This document shows, in pieces, positions 60,789-64,000 of a DNA stretch of 64,000 bases (the first letter of the stretch is position 1; each line of letters starts with the position of its first letter). The position numbers and the translations under genes were made by a program. The notes under the pieces are model-generated. The model ran no database searches. It had not been told where the DNA came from and saw nothing but the letters and a program-made list of their open reading frames with translations. This DNA is from an uncultured bacterium (lineage in GTDB: Bacteria; Verrucomicrobiota; Verrucomicrobiia; Limisphaerales; UBA8199): positions 128,001 through 192,000 of the forward strand of contig CAVVMW010000012.1 in the NCBI GenBank assembly GCA_963749495.1, written 5' to 3'.

Positions 60789-61038
60789 GGACAGCGCGGA
60801 GTGCGCGGACTATGCGGAGTTTTTATGGTTGGGCCGGCTTTCGATGGGGTGGATGTTGGCCGCCCGCGAAGCGGCAATGGCGGGTGTTTGTGAAGGTCCT
60901 CGCGCCCGTCCCCACGATTCATCCGTGGTACACGGCACTCGGAAATTGAATGCGCACTTGGCGCGGCATGGTCCATTGTGGCTGCCCCGCCCGTGCTGTC
61001 ACTCGAAAATGCACAATGTAAGGGCTTGACTCCTTTCC
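60789..61038 (-). mobile_element. Truncated RAYT/Y1-transposase-derived element, direct repeat copy B
   Basis: Same end sequence; MPRQVRIQFPSAVYHG* from 60969. Confidence 0.7.
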
Positions 61039-61087
61039 TCGTCGAGACTCCTCAAGTCAACTCGATGGGTGCTTAGCTGGGCCGGAA

Positions 61088-64000
61088 CTAAGGATGCGTC
61101 TGTTTGGGCGCTCTGGAGGGCTTGCCGTGGAGCATCCAGAATTCGAGAAGGCGGGCCAGTTCAAGGGCCTTTTTCTCGTCAGCGGTGCGGCTGCGGGAGA
61201 GTTCGGCTGCGGTGGCGGCAGCGGCGGCCAGGCGCTGGGCGATCCGGCGTTGCAGGGCCTGGCCGGCATTCTCGGTCTTCGGCAGAAGGACCGGGCCATG
61301 AATGCCGTGCTGGGTCAGAAGATAGACGATTTCGGCGTGGGCGCGACTGGGCAAAGGGAGCCGCTGGGGGGCGAGCTTGGCGGCGTGAGGGTTGGTGAAA
61401 AAAACGGTGTTCGGATCTAAAAAATCATTGGCGTCTGGCAAGCTGGGGTGACCTTCGGGGATGTTGACCGGAAGGCCCTCGGCTACCTGGCTGCCAACCC
61501 ACTGGGCCAGTGGCTGCTTGTCTTCGATGGGCAAGCCGTCCCACAAATCTGCGGCGAGTTCGTCGGTGCGGAATTCCCGGCCCTCGGCTTTGCCGCGTTG
61601 CTCCTGTTTCTGAACCTCGACAATGCGGATCTGGCGGAAGTGGTTTGCGGTTTCGTAATAGAGTTCGTCGCAGAGCTTCTCTCGCTCTGCCGCACCGGTG
61701 ACGCCAAGCGATTCAAAAACAGCGAGGTCGAGCGCTCGTCGATCAGCCATCCTCAATTCTTGCGGCAACTCAACCGGATTTTCGGCCAATCTTTTTATGC
61801 GCTCCGAGGAGCGGCATTCCATGAATTGCTCCTCAACCATGGGCTGGGTGTCGCGGGAGCATAGGCGGTGAAGGGCGTCCTGCAATTTCTTGGCGATGTT
61901 CTTGGTGGCCTGGCGAGGGTCTGGGATTTCCAGAAGGTTCACGTCAACCACTTCGGTCTTCAGATTGCCCTCGGTTCCGGCATAACGGCCGTAGAAAGTT
62001 TTGAAATTGGCCAGGAGCGTCGAGTTCAAGATGGCTTGTAGTGCGCCGACTTGCGTCTCGGAAAGCTCATAGGGATGAATGTCAAACAGGTTGTGGTTGC
62101 AGACGAGGTTTTCGGGGTTCGCGGGAATGACGTGTCGGTATTGTTGCGCCATGGGCCAGAAGGACACTCCGGGTTTGGTGTAGGTTAGATTGTACCAGGG
62201 GTCGCGGTTAGCGCAGGTTGAACGCTGTGGCACTGGCACGGCCTGGCTCTTGGCTGAGGCGAAGGTGTGTTGTTCGCCGTAACGCAGGTACTTCAAAACA
62301 TACGTGCCCTTGAGCTCGCTCATGGGCTTGGAAACGAAGAGCGATCAGACGGTCCACACCGCGCGCCCGAATCACGGGGCGACCCACGCTCATCAGGCTG
62401 TGAACCTCGGGCACGAGGTAATTGGCTTCAACGGGATGGACCGTGTCATCGCCGCTCCCGGTTTTCACAAGCTTCACCTCGCCGGATTGGACTTGGGAGC
62501 GCTTGCAGCGCGTATGAAGGGGCGCGTCGTTCCATTCGAGCTCGGGATATTTGTCAAGAAACTCCGCGCTGACATCGCGGGGCATGAAAAAAGCGTCGCA
62601 ACCGCTCTTGACGCCGAAGCGAATCGTCGCGATTTCACCTAGAGGCACGAAGCGGCTGCCGTAGCGCTGCATGATCTCGAAATAGAGGTTGGGAGCGCGG
62701 AGATACTTGCCCCATTTGCCGCCGCCGTATCTGGAACCGTACGCAGACCGCCGCCGTCGTGGAGCATCCCGTTGCCGCTTCCGTCGAAGTCCCCGGCGTA
62801 CTCGCCATCGCCATCGTCGCTCTCCAGCGCCGCAGCGGTTTTAATTCCTTCCGCCTGGTTGCGCTGCTTCTGCAGCTCGAACAGCCGTCCGGCGCGCAAG
62901 CCGTCTTCCCAAAGGTCCATCTGCCTTTTCACAACGATGCGGAAAGGATCGCGCGCTTTGCTCTTTGTGCAGTGCAAAATGATGTCGCGAAATTGCTCGG
63001 CGCCAAGTTGACGTGCGTTTTCGTCTTTGCGCTCGCCCAGAATCGCGGCCAGGGGGACGTTCAAACGCACGAACTTGACGAGGTGCGCATCGCGCGCTAC
63101 CGGATCCGCGCAGCGCTGTAAAATCACGGCGCAGGTCTTGACGCGCGCGTCTTCAAACCAGGGCTCGGCATTACTTTCGAGAACTGCGTGTATCTTGAAA
63201 TTCGTTAGAAGCCATTCCTGTAGGGCAAAGCCGTATTCAACATCGAGCCAACTGGAGGAGACGAGGAAACCGAGCCAACCGCCGTCAGGCAGGAGGTACG
63301 CCGCGGCCGGCCAGAAATAGCAGTGGAGGTCGCTACGGCCGCTGAATTGCAAGCCGGGCCAGAGTTCGGAGCAGAGCTCGAGCAGATCCTCCTTGGCCTG
63401 CATGGCCTTCGGCTTTGGTTTGGCGTTGCGGCGCGGAATGAGTTCCTGGCGGACATAGGGCGGGTTGCCGACAACGGCGTTGGGCTTGGGCAGGAAAATG
63501 GGGGCGCGTTTCCTTTCGCCGCGCAGGCCCTGGGGCAATTCGCAGAACGGTTTGCCGGCTCGGAACTCGAAGAAATTGCGGCGGGCAATGCGGGGATAAT
63601 TTTCTTCATCGTTGATCTCGCGGGCGGCGAGATTGAGCGTGGAGAGATGGGCGGCGAAAAGAGAAATGTCGGCGCCGTAAAGCTGCGTCAGACGGTCCTG
63701 GTGGGAAACGGCGGCGTGGGCAAGGCGTCTGTCGCGATGGAGCCAAGCTTTGCGGTGGTAGGCGCGGACGAGGAAACTGCCAGAGCCGCAGGCAGGGTCC
63801 AGGACGGTGTCTTCGGCCTTGCGGATGCAGAAGGCGTTGACGACATCCACCACGTCCTCGTTCGTGTAGTGCTGCCCGAACTTGTGGCGTTCCGCGGGCT
63901 CGATTAGGCGTTTGAAGATGCTGCCCAGAATGTCGGTGCGGATTTCTTTGAAGTCGAAAGGGCGGAGGTTTTCGAGGACGGAGCGCCAAGCATCCAAGGC
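61088..64000 (-). CDS. Large N6-adenine DNA methyltransferase with target-recognition region (type IIG/Eco57I-like RM), 5' part outside window; frameshifts near 62720 and 62340
   Basis: GQHYT, motif I DPACGSGSFL, motif IV VGNPPY, SSSWLDVEYG | GKWGKYLRAP, RFGVKSGCDAFF. Confidence 0.85.

Overview
GC-rich bacterial chromosome segment. Gene content, the pilin-like paralogues, the ECF-sigma/Ser-Thr-kinase pair and the repeat types suggest Verrucomicrobiota (Pedosphaera/Limisphaera-like); this is inference only. Housekeeping genes include trmL, truA, ruvX, hemL, leuB, speA, an HldE-type kinase, thiG, mreBCD-mrdA-rodA-rne/rng, an ECF sigma/anti-sigma pair, hisB and guaA. They are interspersed with sugar-catabolism/secreted enzymes, four type IV pilin-like genes, an ABC/TPR operon, solo antitoxin-like genes, a DUF3800 gene, a 9-kb accessory cassette and a partial N6-adenine restriction-modification gene. 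At least 11 genes, several essential, carry apparent frameshifts that are most likely assembly indels. Intergenic DNA is packed with heptamer/9-mer/12-mer tandem-inverted arrays and several REP/MITE-like palindromes. Most notable: (1) a covarying pseudoknotted RNA leader repeated in front of three pilin genes, starting where predicted promoters place the TSS (candidate undescribed riboswitch); (2) a DUF3800 RNase-H-like gene with a convergent small structured RNA that has its own promoter and U-tract; (3) a cassette bounded by RAYT-derived direct repeats encoding a three-domain glycosyltransferase, a Pro/Ser/Thr-rich micropeptide, an ECF sigma and a WD40 kinase; (4) a barrel-less secretin-like gene sharing a PmrA/QseB-type box with its neighbour. 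I saw no tRNA, rRNA or CRISPR array.
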